This document shows positions 40,886 to 56,545 of a stretch of DNA of 64,000 bases, piece by piece. The DNA is taken from the NCBI RefSeq assembly GCF_009914755.1, contig NC_060936.1. One strand, 5' to 3'. The notes under the pieces were generated by a model that was given only the letters and a program-made list of their open reading frames with translations, searched no databases and had not been told where the DNA came from. The translations under genes and the position numbers were made by a program. The first letter of the stretch is position 1; each line of letters starts with the position of its first letter. The stretch comes from the human T2T-CHM13v2.0 reference genome, Homo sapiens.

Positions 40886-42119
40886 TCTCTCTTTATGCTT
40901 TTACATTAGCCTTTGATATAGTACTTTGAGACAGTAGTTTTAGAACAAATAACGTTGTTTAGAGCATCTGTATTTTGCATATATGATTTCCTCTACCTAA
41001 TAATCCTTGTCCCCACTCTTTCCTTCACTGCCTGTCAAACTCTTACTCATCCTTCAAAACCCATCTCAAATGTCTCCTTTGTGATGCTCTCCTAGTTTTC
41101 AAGGCCAAAGTCAATTTTTCATCTTTGTGCTTCCATAGCACCCAGCTCACACCTCCATTATGGCCTTGCCGCACAGTGCTGGAAGTCCCTCCAGCTCAGC
41201 AGTGCACTACTTATCTTCATAACCATGGGTTCTGACATCTAGCAGTCACACAAGGAATGTTTCTTGTATAGAAATGCAGCGATAAAAGGATAGAAACCAA
41301 AATGGTTGGTTGCAAACTGGAAAAGGATTTATTTTAGATTCTGTTGTAAAGAAATGCCCACAAAAGGACAAGAAGTGCTTAAGAATGACAAAGAAGGTGG
41401 CTTTGATCGGTGTCAACTGAGCCATGGAATTATGACTTAGTGGCAGCTCAGCAAGGACTCTGCCCCACAGGCTCTGAGGATTCACAGACAAGCCATCACA
41501 TCCGTGGTTCCTTGGTTCTGCCAGCTTTCTTTCTGGGACACGGCTGTTAGCTTTATTATTATACTGGACACCCAATGCCCACAGTTCCCCTGCCCACCAT
41601 TCTCAATATTGTCCTGACTCAGAACCTTCTCTGTTCCTTACCCATCAAAATTTACTTGTCGCGTATCCCATCTCCCCAGAGCCTTCAAAAGGTCCATCCA
41701 GAGAAAAGTTTAAAGGGAGTGGAGTATCAGACAGGCAGACAGGATCATGGGCAGCTATTTGCTGGCTGGAAGGCCTTTTGTACTCTTCCAACCAGTGAAT
41801 GGGATTAGTCCATCCTGCAGGAAATCCTGTTTCAGGAAAATTGAGAACCACCACTCTAAAAGTGGTTTCTCTGTATCCCTACTTCTAAGCAAAGATGTAA
41901 CTAATCATTCAGACAATCATCTTACTCTTAGTTGCTTTATCAACCTGGGCCAGGATCTGACCACCAATTCTGGTCAGAAATGTCTTGCTTACATGTCTGT
42001 TGAGGAAACCTCAAAACAATACTGGATTCTGGAGCAGCAGTGCTTTGGTGGTTAATAAGTTCATTCATATCCTTAAAGACTTCTCAGTCTTCTCTACTCT
42101 GAACTAAGTAATTTTGTTA

Positions 42120-42452
<333 letters not shown>

Positions 42453-42490
42453 CTAAGACCTCCTTTAAATTTTTTTAAGATGTAATTTCA

Positions 42491-42847
<357 letters not shown>

Positions 42848-42983
42848 TCATCCTCTTTGCTTTATCCTTTTCTTTCTCTCTGTGTGTGTGTATGAACTGT
42901 GTGAGAGCAAACTCCAAACATGACACTCCTTCAACCCTACACAGTTCAGAGTGTCCTTCCTTTCTTAAAAACAAGGCATTCTT

Positions 42984-43302
<319 letters not shown>

Positions 43303-43350
43303 GGCATTCTTTAATATCACCATAATACAATTATAGAAATTAGGAAATTA

Positions 43351-43646
43351 GGCTGGGCACGGTGGCTCACACCTGTAATCCCAGCGCTTTGGGAGGCCAA
43401 GGCGGGCAGATCACGAGGTCAGGAGATCGAGACCATCCTGGCTAACACAGTGAAACCCCGTCTCTACTAAAAATACAAAAAATTAGCCAGGAGTGATGGC
43501 GGGCGCCTGTAGTCCCAGCTACTCAGGAGGCTGAGGCAGGAGAATGGTGTGAACCTGGGAGGCGGAGCTTGCAGTGAGCAGAGATCGCGTCACTGCACTC
43601 CAGCCTGGGCGACAGAGCGAGACTTCGTCTTAAGGAAAAAAAAAAA
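43351..43646 (+). mobile_element. AluY
   Basis: Y diagnostics; TSD aaattaggaaat. Confidence 0.95.
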
Positions 43647-46196
43647 TTAGGAAATGAGCATCAATAACAATACTACTGTCTTAACTACAGACTTTATAAA
43701 GATTTCACCAGTTGCCCCAATACTGTCCTTTACTGCAAAAGAAAATCCAGGTTCATATTACATTAATTTATCCTGTCTTTAATTTAGTCTCCTTTAATCT
43801 GGAACAGTTGCCCAGTCCAACTTTGTGTTTTATGCCATAGATATTTTTGGAATTCAACCCACTTCTTTTGTATAATGTCCTTTAAGTTGGCATTGTCTTA
43901 TACTTCCTGGTGATTTTAGATTACACGTTTTTGTCAGGAACACCTCAAGAAATGATATGTTCTCCTTAGTGCTTCATATCAACAGTCAAGGAATATCTCA
44001 TTATTGGTGATGGTAACTTTGATTGCTCAGTTGAGAAGTTGTCTGCCAGGTTTCCCCATTGTAACGTGACATTTTCCCCCATTGTAAGCAAGTGACTTAT
44101 GGGAAGACACTTTCAGATGATATAAAAGCATGCCTCAAAGTTTTATGATCTATTGATGTTTCCTGCCTAATCCAATTATTATTATGATGGTTGCCAAATG
44201 GTAATTTTCTAATTTCATCATTTCTTCTACATTTATTAGTTGACTTTCCATGGCAAAAAAAAGTGTTATTCCTTCTCCCTAAAGTATTTATCTATTTATA
44301 TTAATGTGGAGTTATTAATGGGTTATATTCCTTTAGTATTTTTTTATTTTGATGCTCAGATTGTTCTACATTCTCTAAGATGTTTTTAAACTCTAATCTT
44401 GTATGAGAAAAGAAGGCTGAGCATTATCTGCTTGTAAGCGCACTAGATTATCTTTTGATGGTGATATTTAAATTATAAACCAAATGTTGAACCTAAAACA
44501 TCACCAAGAAAACTTGATGATGCCTAAAACTCACCAAGGAAAGAGATGCTACGGTTGAGTATTCAATCTTTGGGGGAAAAAAGGATTACATGCTTTTAAC
44601 CTAAGTGTTTGTGTAGGGTAGACAGAAAACAGCTATTTGAAGACGGGGACCCTGGAAGACAGCTAAGTCCATGAATTGTAGAAACCCCCCTGAAACGATG
44701 GGAGGTTTGAGCTTCCTCTGTTTTATTCAGATCTCAAGGTTATTTATTTAACCTTTTCCACAAGCTGAGTGTGATCAGCCATACAACTCTTCCACTCTCA
44801 AATTTATTCTGACTATATCCAGTTGGCTTTATTTTTCTTCCAGATCTGTGCCCCCCAACATACACACACACACCCTCCCCTAACTATAGTAGCAGGACAT
44901 AGACCTACTGGCCAGCACCGTGATGCTGAGTGAATTATTTGGAAATAGTTTCTTCAAGCACGTAGAATGGCATTTGCAACTTCTGGGGCTGGTTCATGGG
45001 AAACAAACAAACAAAAAAGCCCACAAAACTCAACTGCGTAGAAGAACCCACATGTAACCTACAGAATTGCAAATTTTATGCCCCTTGTGTTGGGCAGTAT
45101 CTGAGAGTCGTTCACCCTCCACCCTCACCTCAGTCCCAACCTTTAGATAAATCTACACATATGCTGGGTCAGGCTGACAAGAAACTGTTCTCTTCTTTAA
45201 CTGGGCTCCTAGAGAAATAACAGGATGCCTGAAAAATAGCTTGGAAAAAGTTAATGCCCTTGCCAACTCTAGCCATCTAAATTGGTTTAACATCTTTGGG
45301 CTGAGGCAGAGGCCAACTGGGCATTGGTGCCTGGGATAACCTGCATTTTCTGCACTCTCCTCCTGACAGAATGAAGAGGTGGGGCACATGGTTGGGAGCG
45401 GCCTCATTCCCACTCAGTCACCCTTGGAAACTCAGCTTAATGACCTGGCATTACAAGAATCTGCCCAATGTGCTTTGAGGAGGCCATGGAAGCCTGCACT
45501 TTAGTGGTGGCATTTAGATGTTCCTCTGAAATGCTAATGAAGAGTTTATTTCAGAATTGCTTACAAAGTTCTCAGACTTGTTAATGTATCACCCCCTCTG
45601 AAAGCCAGAGACAATGGCACTGAACAAAGGGCTTGAAGTACCCTAAAAGGAATGATTGCCTTAGTTGAAAGACTTCCAGGGAAAGAGTTTCTAGTTCTCC
45701 TTGATGCACCATTCTATTCACTCAGTTCCCTGATAGCCAATACGCTGTTTGTTTCACCTAACCTACATCTCTCCAACTGATTTTAGCCTGATTTTCCCCT
45801 CATAGCCTTTCTCAAAATTAATATCCATATCCTCTCTCTCCCTTCATTTTATTCCTCTCTTCTTGGATTAAGGGGAAAAGGAGAGAAGGAAGTTAGGAGG
45901 GAAGGAGGACGTGGAAACTAACATTCCCTGAATGCTACCAGTGTCAGGTTCTTTACATGGTTATCTCCTGCAATTTTCACAACAAGTGAAGCAAAGCTAA
46001 AGAAACCAAGGCTCAGAGGAGATGAGTGATTTTCCAGAGCTCTTTAATTCAACCCCTTTTTCCCCGTACTGAGCTGCCTGTGACAAGTCAGAAAGACTGG
46101 TCTATGGTCATCGCCTGGCTACAGGTTTTAAAAATGACTTTCAGCAAATCGCATAATTTTTCTGAACTTGTTTTCTCAACAATAAGATAGGGATTT

Positions 46197-46325
46197 GTGT
46201 GTGTGTGTGTATACACACATACACATACATATATATGCAGATAGATAATAGGCAGATAGAGATATATATATGTTCACATATGGAGACATATATCTCCATA
46301 TTTGTGTCTGTATACTCGTGCACTC
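46197..46325. repeat. Degenerate (TG)n/(CA)n/(TA)n simple repeat
   Basis: tgtgtgtgtgtgtgtatacacacatacacatacatatatatg... Confidence 0.8.
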
Positions 46326-46519
46326 ACAAATCCCTATTTTATTGTTAAGAAAAGAGGTTCAGAGAAATTACATATCTTGCTGAAAGTCATACAGAAAGTC
46401 CTTTCTGGAGAGATAAGGAAGTGCACATATATTAGAGAGAGAGAGAATAGATCTATTTCCTTTTTCCTCTGGGAAAGGATCTGCAGAGCTCCATCTCCTT
46501 TTTCCCCCACTCTGTAATC

Positions 46520-48150
46520 AACCCACTCCAGTTTGACTACCATTGCATCACTCCAGGAAACAGCGTTCACTGAAGTCATGAGTAACTTCCATGTCGCTAA
46601 TTCCAAAGGATATTTACAGCCCTTATTTTACTTAAACTCTCGGGAGACTTTCCTTCTTGGAATGCTCTATTTGCATGACTCTCACTACCCAATGCCTCCT
46701 AGTTCTCTTCCAACCTTTTTGCCTGCTACTTCCCTCTCCCATTTACAGCCTCTTTTTCCTCTATCCATCAATTAAATATCAGACTCGGTTAAGAAATTAT
46801 CTTCTCATTCTGGATTCTCATTGTAGGTAATCTAATCCTTACTTCTGTTTCTATCATTTAAAGACAGTTTGTAAATTTTTATCTTTAGTCAATACCTTTT
46901 CTCCTTTTGCCATACCTACATAATTAAATCCAACCTGACTCTTCCACTTACATGTTCAAGAGCACTTAGAACTTGAAATTTCCAAAACCTCAGGACTTTT
47001 CCTCCTAAAACGTAGTTATTTTCCAGTGTTTCCTATTTCAATCAACAGTGACATCATCCACCCAGTTTTACAAGCCAGATATCTAGATATCATTCTTGAT
47101 TAACCATCTCTTTTCGCAGGATTGAATCTATCACCAAGTTCTAAGTATCCTCTTCATTTCTATCCTCACAACCCTTGTCCAGCTAACAGCATCTCTTACC
47201 TGGACCATGGCTGCTCTTCCAAATTCACCTTGTTCCCTTGTAATCTGTTCTCCACATTGTAGCCAGAGTGTTCTTTAGGAATCACAAATCTGATAATGTT
47301 ATACTCCTACTCAAAATCTTTAGTAGCTGCCATGGTTTGGATATTCAAACACCCTTGAGTTTGAGTTTGTCTCCATCAACTATCATGTTGAAATTTGAGC
47401 CCCAGTGTGACAGTGTTGAGAGGTGGGGCTTAGTGGGAGGTGTTTGGGGCTATGGAGGTGCATCTTTCATAAATGGTTTGGTGCCATTCTCATGGTAGTG
47501 AGTAAATTCTCACTCTGGCAAGGCCGATTAGTTCCCAAGACAGCAGGTTGTTAAAACGAATCTATTTTCCTCGGTTTCACTCTCTTGCTTCCTCTCTCAC
47601 CATGTGATTTCTTTGCTGGCTCCCCTTCTGCTGTCCACCATGAATTGAAAGAGCCTGAGGCCCTCACCAGATGCCTAATCTTGAACTTCCCATCCTGCAG
47701 AACCATGAGCCAAATAAATCTCTTTTCTTTATAAATTACCCTGTCTCGGGTATTCTGTGACAGCAACACAAAATGAACTAAGACAGTAGCTTTCCTTGCT
47801 CCCATCATAAAACTCAAAATCTTTAGCAGGTCCACAAGGCCTGTCAGGTTTTCCCTCCTGACTCCCCTAGCTCATCATGCCCCATGATTCTTCTCATCCT
47901 GTAGTTCCAGTTATTCTCACCTTCTTTTAGGTCTCTGAATATGCCGAGTCTCCACCCTTCCACGGGCCCTTTGTACATGTTATTCCTGTAGCCTAGAATA
48001 CTCCTCTTCTTTCCCCCAGGAAACTTCTATCTTTTATTTTTTTTGGAGTTTATCTCAGCCATTACTTCCTCGGGAAAGCCTTCTGTGATTTCCTTGACCT
48101 AGCTCAATCTTCCTGTTATCTGCTCTCATACCATTAATTACCATAAAACA
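46520..48150 (+). mobile_element. L2 (ORF2 3' region), split by an MST LTR
   Basis: cagagtgttctttaggaatcacaaatctgataatgtt...; ttacttcctcgggaaagccttctgtgattt. Confidence 0.7.
47328..47785 (+). mobile_element. MST-family (ERVL-MaLR) solo LTR
   Basis: tgccatggtttggata...aataaatctcttttctttataaattaccc...aactaagaca; perfect TSD gtagc. Confidence 0.9.
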
Positions 48151-49130
48151 TCTCTTAACCAATCTATACTTAAGCAGCTTCCCAGATTCATCAGCATTTT
48201 CCACCTCTCTGTGAGGCATACTGATTGATGTCCGCCTTATCTTGATTGCTGGTGGCTGGGAGGCCACTCTTTAATATGTCTGAATATTTCTGCTTCTTTC
48301 TTGTTCAGTTTTGGTTTATCAAGAGTCATTTGTATTTGTTTCCATCAACTTGAAAGTTGTACACATCTTTGTAACTTACATAATAGAATTAAATATTACG
48401 TAAGCCAATGAAATGTGAATGCAAATGGTATTCGTTTGTATGAGAACTAAATTGAATAATTTGGACAGACTCGACAAAGGTGAGGCATCAAAACTTGCTA
48501 CTTATTTAGGAATGGGTAAGACAATTGCGAAAGACTGTGCAGTGGATTATAAAACTAAAGAAGAATTCTGCAGTCAGATTACTTTTCAAGTGTGTCTTCA
48601 ACTTCTCTCTCCACTTTAAAGAAATGAAAACAGGAAATCATAGATGATGCGTTAAGGGTGTGGTTTAAACAAGAAAGATGACAAAGAAAAAGGCATTGGC
48701 TCTGCATCAAAAGATTCATGTAGATATGTAGATATAAATACATACATATATATCGTTTGTGTTAAAATAAATATTTAGGGTAAATAGATATATTTTTTCT
48801 TTTTGAGACACAGTTTCACTCTGTCGTCCAAGCTGGAGAGCAATGGCACAAACTTAGTTCACTTCAACTTCTGCCTCCCAGGTTCAAGTGATTCTCGTGC
48901 TTCAGTCTCCTTGAGTAGCTGGGACTACAGGCGCCTGCCACCACACCCAGCTAATTTTTGTATTAGTAGAGACAGTGTTTTGTCACATTGGCCAGGGTGG
49001 TCTCGAACTCCTGACCTCAACTGATCCGCCTGCCTTGGCCTCCCAAAGTGCTAGGATTACAGGCATGAGCCACTGGATATGTATCTTTTTTAATAATTCC
49101 TTTCCAAGTAGATCAAAACCTCCTTGAAAG
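48150..49130 (+). mobile_element. Ancient Tigger (TcMar, Tigger13a-like) with a degenerate transposase N-terminus
   Basis: ORF 48419-48619 (TKLNNLDRLDKGEASKLATYLGMGKT) and downstream EIIDDALRVWFKQER resemble CENP-B/pogo HTH domains; frameshifted. Confidence 0.7.
48793..49075 (-). mobile_element. AluS
   Basis: Antisense Alu, slightly 5'-truncated, nested in the Tigger element. Confidence 0.9.
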
Positions 49131-49149
49131 TAATAACCCTGTTTCCATT

Positions 49150-49303
49150 AGGACTGGCCACAGAATTTGTTGAGCCCAGTGCAAAATGGAAGTGTGGGGC
49201 TCCTTGTTCAAAACATATTAAGAATTTCATGATAGTGACAGCAGCGCGTGAAGCTAAGTGAGGGGACTGAGTTTGAGGCCCTGTGAGACTGCACAGGTTG
49301 CAT
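49150..49303 (-). mobile_element. MER91A (hAT-Tip100)
   Basis: gcccagtgcaaaatggaagtgtggggctccttgttcaaaa...aagaatttca...ggccctgtgagactgcacaggttgca. Confidence 0.8.
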
Positions 49304-49462
49304 CTCTGATTCCCATCTTTTAGCACAGAACTTGACATACAATAGGTAATTCCTTCACTCGACAGGTATTTTGCATGCAGTATGCTAGGCTCTGCTCTAG
49401 ACTCTGGAAATACAGTATGGAACAAAAAAGAGAAAAAGTCCTTGCCTTCACGGAGCTACATT

Positions 49463-49615
49463 TCCTTCCTTCCTTCCTTCCTTCCTTCCTTCCTTCCTTC
49501 CTTCCTTCCTTCCTTCCTTCCTTCCTTCCCTCCCTCCCTCCCTCCTTCCTTCCTTCCTTCCTTCCTTCCTTTTGAGACAGAGCCTCGCTCTGTCACCCAG
49601 GCTGGAGTGCAGTGG
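49463..49615 (-). repeat. (CCTT)n tract followed by a duplicated Alu 3' fragment
   Basis: ~108-bp CCTT/CCCT run, then gagacagagcctcgctctgtcacccaggctggagtgcagtgg. Confidence 0.9.
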
Positions 49616-49643
49616 AGTCCTTACCTTCACGGAGCTAAATTAA

Positions 49644-49946
<303 letters not shown>

Positions 49947-50088
49947 TCCCTGGAGCTTAATTTCTATTGACAGTGGTAGGAAGTGAGAGGGTATACAATA
50001 AATAATAAATAAGAGATATAACTTAGATGGTATTGAGGGATGTGGAGATAAATAAAACCGAGAAGAATAGAGAATGAGGGAATCAGTA

Positions 50089-50525
50089 TGAAACCAACCT
50101 AGCAGCCCCACAGACAGTTCTTTTGGATAAACATAAAAATGGACCCTTCTGATCTTAAAGCTTGAAACTTGCATTTGTTTTATCTGAGTTCCTTCCTCAG
50201 GAAAGGACCCCCAGGCCTCTCAAAGTATCAAAGAACTAAAACTCACCAGATCAAAGAACTACATCAAGACAATGACACCAGGTCCCCCATTTTGTTTCCT
50301 TACCCCTTCCTAATTCTTGTTTTCTGACACATTGTTACATTTCTTCCCTGCTATAAAAACCCCTAATTTTAATTGGTCAGAGAGATGGATTTGAGACTGA
50401 GCTCCCATCTCCTTGGCTGCAGCACCCGACAAAAGCCTTCTTCCTTGGCAATAATCGTCTCAGTTATTGGCTTTCTGTGCAGTAAGCAGCAGGACCTAGA
50501 CCAAACCCCTGGTGTTTCGGTAACA
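50089..50525 (+). mobile_element. LTR47A-like ERV solo LTR
   Basis: TG...CA termini (tgaaaccaacc...tttcggtaaca); ttatctgagttccttcctcaggaaaggaccccc; TATA-like tataaaa at ~50352. Confidence 0.75.
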
Positions 50526-52933
50526 AATAAATATTTGTTAAATGAATGCAATTAATTTCTTATTAAACTCAGAATAGAATGGCAATGTATACTTTGAAAC
50601 AAATGAAAAACAGACCCAGGGAAAAATCAACACAAGGAACAAATAGAATAAGTGATGTTTGTGCTACAAATTTGGTTCTGAGCTTCCTGGTAACCAAAGT
50701 AATAAGAAATGACCAATTACATAATTCTTATCATCAGAAAGAAGGAAGCATACCTATGTCCTAGGGCTAGAAAGAGAGATACAGTATACCTTTAACTTCC
50801 TTACAGAACCAGACGACATTGCAGCTGTGAAAATAACTTAAATAAACATAAGGTACTATGATATACAGGGAGGTATTCATAAAGAATTCTTCCACAAGAT
50901 AAAAGAGAAATTTTTCATTGTAACAGCTTTGTTTTTCCTGGAAGAGTGCTAAGAAATTCATCTTTGTAGGCAAAGAAACTTTCAAATAGGCTAACATCTT
51001 AAAGTTGAAATCTAACAATCACTTCAGCCCACAAACATTTCAGCCAGTCTGTACAAGTCCCACCAATTTCCCTTCCTGACCCTTGGTAGAGTAAGAAAAG
51101 TGCCCAGTGCCAGGCGGGCAGTGATATCAGCCTCCCTCCACCATCCCAGCTCTGCACCCATTGAAACTAAAGCTGCCATCGCCTTTTCCTTCCACTCCTC
51201 CCTCATAACCCTAAGGCCCCAAATAGGAGCAGACCCAGGAAACCAGGTAGATCCATTCTCAGAGACACGGTCATGTCTTGTCCACACGCAGACTGAAAGC
51301 CCAGAAACTGCCGGCTAAGAGCAGTGGAAAATGGCCCCACTCATTCCTCTCCTTCCTGCCATTCTCCCTGTCTCTTCCTCTCTTTATCTTTAATCTCTCT
51401 TGCCCTACATCGCTTGGTCTTTCTCTCTGCTTTCTCTTCTCCTCACGACCACCACCACCATTTACTTAGGGGATGTTCTACATATTGTTAGTTCACAGAG
51501 ACAGTTGAACAGGAGAGACAACTGAACAGAGGACAGCACATGAACATAGACCAGGCACTGTCTCTGTGCCTGTTATCCTGTGTCTGCATGCCATTCTCCC
51601 ACACACTGACACACCAAATAAAGATCTGTGTCTATTTCAGAAAGACAGAGATTGATGGGAAACAAATGAATAAAAAGTGCCAGCTGCATTGACTAACATT
51701 ATCTTTTATCTAGATAGGAAAAAAACAAAACAAAACAAAACAAACCACAAAACACCTCTTTAGATCAGAAATGTCCCAGGACCTTCAAAGCGGCCTAGAG
51801 AAGTTGCTTTTGTGAGTATCTTAAGCACGATTTTAAACGAGCCTACAAATTCCCTCAGCCACCTGTTTGAGGCTGTTCTGACACCAAACATCAACTCATG
51901 GAGACCAGCTACTGCCAAAAAGAGAAAAATCTAAGTGTTTCTAACAAGGATGTCGCGAGACTATTGAATCTGGTTCCATGTGAATTTCCCTGTAAAATGT
52001 GAAAGAAAAGGCATTCTCAACCAGCCACTGTTTCTGGCACTAACAATTGACACAGCCCGCTCATGGGTATCCCCTAGGGTGTGAAAGAGACCCCGTTAAT
52101 GAGAGAGGAGCTTGCTGCGGGATTTCTATTTCAGGCCTTGTGCTAGTAAATATAACTCTGTTTACACAGACTTGAGTCTGGAACGTGCTTGAGCTGCACA
52201 ATGGCTGTTTGAATCACACCTTAACGTGGTCTTTGAAACTCTGAGCTGTGGTACGTGTGGTTGTGTCATTTTCTTTCTTTCTTCTCCGCCATGGTGTAAT
52301 TGGAAACTCTTCTTCCGTGACTTGCATCGTATCCCTGTAAACCAGGCAAGGATTTGGGGACCAAGCCCATTCACGCCCGCACCTCAGGTGATCCCGTGCC
52401 TGAGAATTCACAAAGAATGCCCTCCCCTCTCTTCACTGCATCCTGTCTCTAGAGCCCGCGTCACTGCATCTTCCCACCTCCCTGGACACGGCCTTAACCT
52501 CATTTTTTTCTCTGGGGCACCGCTGCAGTTCGGGCAGGCTCTTGGACTCTGCAGGAGCCCACACCGCATTGATGCCCTGTTCCCTGGGGCGCACTGCTTG
52601 CGGGTGCCCATCAGGACCAGCCCCCGTGGTCTACCGTGGCACACTAATGCATCTGTGAAGCTATGTGGTTTGTTCCCACCCTGGAGTGTCTCTACTGAGC
52701 CATTTCTGTTTTTACTAGTTTCTCTGCCTCATTTATCTCCAAATCTTGTCCATTTTACCCTGAATCTCTTTTCTTTCTCTATTTCTGTTGCCAAAGCCTT
52801 AGGCTACGTCCTCATTATTGTCTTAATTATTACAATAGCCTACTAATTTTCTCTGCCAACGGGCTCCCTTTTCTAATCCATCCTCAACCTCGCCGGCATA
52901 GTTATCATTCTTCTTTTCTAATATAATATTTAG

Positions 52934-53484
<551 letters not shown>

Positions 53485-54614
53485 TTCTCTGTACCTTATA
53501 TTCCTCCAGTTTTATGTAGGATTTTAAATTTTGTTCTGTCTGAATATTTATTTATTGCTATTATACTTTTTTTTGTGATCCACGAGTTAATTAGAAATGT
53601 TTTAAATTCTAAACATTTGGTGTTGTTTTCTTTTAAAGTCACTTTTTTGGTTGTTGTTCATGTCTATCTTAATTAGATTTTGATCAGAGAAGGTGAACTA
53701 TATGGTATTTATTTTTTGGTGTTTGTTAAGACTTGCTTTGTGGTTTAGTAACTTGTTAATTTTTCAAATATTTCTTGTGCATTTGAGAAAAATGTACAGT
53801 CTTCAATTGTTGAATACAAGATTGATCAATCTTGTTCATTGTGTCATTCAAATCTTGTAAATTCATGCCAATTTTTATGCGATTTGAACATACCAGAAAG
53901 GTGTGTTTTTAAATCTCCTATAAAGATTCAAAATTTTCTCCTTGTAATTCATTCAAATTTTGTCTTATACATTTTTAAAGTCTATAATAGATAAATACAA
54001 TTTGCATTTGTTATATCTTTCTTATAAATTGATCCTTTCATCATTATATAATGATCACTTTTTGCCTCAGACTTTTTTTCTGCTACAGTTATTATAGCTA
54101 CACTTTGTTTTGACTCTTACTTGCCTGGTATATCTCTTTTTATCCTTTTGCTTTCAGCCTTTTTGTTGTGTCCTTTTGTCTTAGGTATGTATTTTTAAAA
54201 CAGCATAAGCAAGTTTTCTTTTTATTAAAAAAAATTGAACCTGGCAATCATTTTTTAACTAGTGAGTCTAATTCACTTACATTTATTGTTTCCTAATATA
54301 TTTGGATTTATTTCCACCATTTCTTTTTGTAGTTTCTATTTACTATGCTTTCTAATGCCTTTTCTTCCTCCTTTCCTGCCTTCTTTCGGTTTCATCAAGT
54401 TTTCTTTATTTTCCCCTTTTCCCTCTATTAATTTGGAAATTACACACTCTATTTCCAGTGTTTTAGTGGTGAGCCCTAAACTTTTGTCAAGCACATTTGA
54501 CCTAAAGTCTAAAGTTAATGTTACTGCTCTCTTCACAAATAATAGACGGAATTTAGACATTGTAACCCATCACATGTGTTATCGCCATGCAGCGTTTTAG
54601 ATCGTTCCACCTTA

Positions 54615-54945
54615 TTTTTGTTTGGTTTGTTTTTCTTTTTCTTTTTTTTTTTTTTGAGACAGAGCCTGGCTCTGTTGCCAGGCTGGAGTGCAGTGGCACA
54701 ATCTCGGCTCACTGTACCGCTGTCTCCCGGGTTCAAGCCATTCTCCTGCCTCAGCCTCCCAAGTAGCTAGGATTACAGGCACGTGCCACCACACTCAGCT
54801 AATTTTTGTATTTTTTTTTTTTTTTTTTAGTAGAGATTGGGTTTCACCATGTTGGCCAGGATGATCTCAATCTCCTGACCTCATGATCCACCCTCCTCAG
54901 CCTCCCAAAGTGCTGGGTTACAGGCGTGAGCCACTGTGCCTGGCC
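54615..54945 (-). mobile_element. AluSc with an expanded middle tract
   Basis: ctctgttgccaggctgg and ggatgatctcaatctcc Sc diagnostics; TSD ccaccttat. Confidence 0.93.
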
Positions 54946-55002
54946 CACCTTATATTTACACCCCCCAATTTTGTTATTATTGTCATTATAGTTGTTTGGG
55001 GG

Positions 55003-55305
55003 TGTTTTGTTTTGTTTTCTCTTTTTGAGACAGGATCTTGCTTTGTCACCCAGGTTGGAGTGCAGTGGCATGATCATGGCTCACTGCAGTCTCGACCTCC
55101 TGGACTCAGCTGATCCTCCCACCTCAGACTCTCAAGAAACTGGGACTACAGGCGTACATCACTGTGCCCAGCTAATTTTACTTTTAGTAGAGACGAGGTC
55201 TTGCTATGGTGCCCAGGCTGGTCTTAAACTCCTGGGCTCAAGAGCTCTGCCTTCCTCGGCCTCCCAAAGTGCTGGGATTACAGGTGTGAGCCACCATGCC
55301 CGGCT
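55003..55305 (-). mobile_element. AluJ
   Basis: atcatggctcactgcagtctcgacctcc; tcctgggctcaag. Confidence 0.92.
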
Positions 55306-56267
55306 TATGGTGATTTTGAGCAGTGGATGAATTTCTGACTTTGCCTACTTGTTTATCAGCTTCCTTGATTGTTCTTCCTTTTTGCCTTCACCTCCCTTGG
55401 GGTTCAATTTTTTCTATCCTGAAGTCCATAGTCTAGAATATTTTTCCCACAAGGGTCCTTGAATGGTAAATTCTCCTGGTCATTGTGTAAAAATATCTTT
55501 ATTTCCCCTCATTTTAAAATGACAGTTAAAAGAGGTAAAAATGAAGGCAGACAGTTATTTTCTCTCAACGCTTTAAAAATATCATTCCATGGGCTTCTGG
55601 CTTCCATCATTGCTTTTGAAAAGTCAGTTAGTTGCTTTACAGGCAATCCACACATCTCTCTAGTTGTTTTAAAAATATCTTTATTTTGCGTTTTTAAGAG
55701 TTTCTCTGTGATGTGACCTGGTACTGATTTCATTCATTGATTTTTCTCAGGACTCATTTCCTGCCCTGAAGATTCATTTCTTTCATAGATTCTGGAAAAT
55801 TCTTAGCCATTTTCTCTTTGATTAGTTCCTCTCCTCATTCTCTTAATGTTCTCCTCCTGAAATTTCTATTAGTAATACATTTACCTTCATTCTGTCCTTC
55901 ACGTCTCTTAATCTTGCTTTTGTCTTTTCTGTCTCTTTTTGTCTCCGTGTTGTATTTTGGGCAGTTTTCTCAAATCTTCCAGCTCTTATATTCTCACTAC
56001 AGTTATATGTAAGCCTCATCAATTACCACACTTTTCTTCTAAGTTCTATTTGTTTTTCAAATCTGTCTGGGTTTCATTCATAGTGTCTTACGGTTTTTAT
56101 TTTTTCCATTTTTTCTTTATATATCTTTAACTTTAAAAAAAAATACTAAGCTATTGTCTCTCTTCAATAGCTCTATTTTCTGATTCTTAGTAGTCTACAC
56201 CTGTTGCCTGTTGTACCTGCTGACGTTTGCTGACAGCAGGTTATGAGACTATTCTGTGAGACTACTA

Positions 56268-56545
<278 letters not shown>

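Larger units (their letters stand above)
53490..56220 (-). mobile_element. Old L1M/L1ME fragments, antisense
   Basis: T-rich: tgttaagacttgctttgtgg..., atatcattccatgggcttctggcttccatcattgcttttgaaaagtcag. Confidence 0.65.

Noticed and set aside
51552-51572. Hairpin caggcac-N7-gtgcctg as a miRNA precursor
   Set aside because: A 7-bp stem is too short and is expected by chance
52226-52846. Longest ORF (206 aa)
   Set aside because: Non-ATG start, no recognisable domain, and the 3' part runs into L2-like sequence; likely chance
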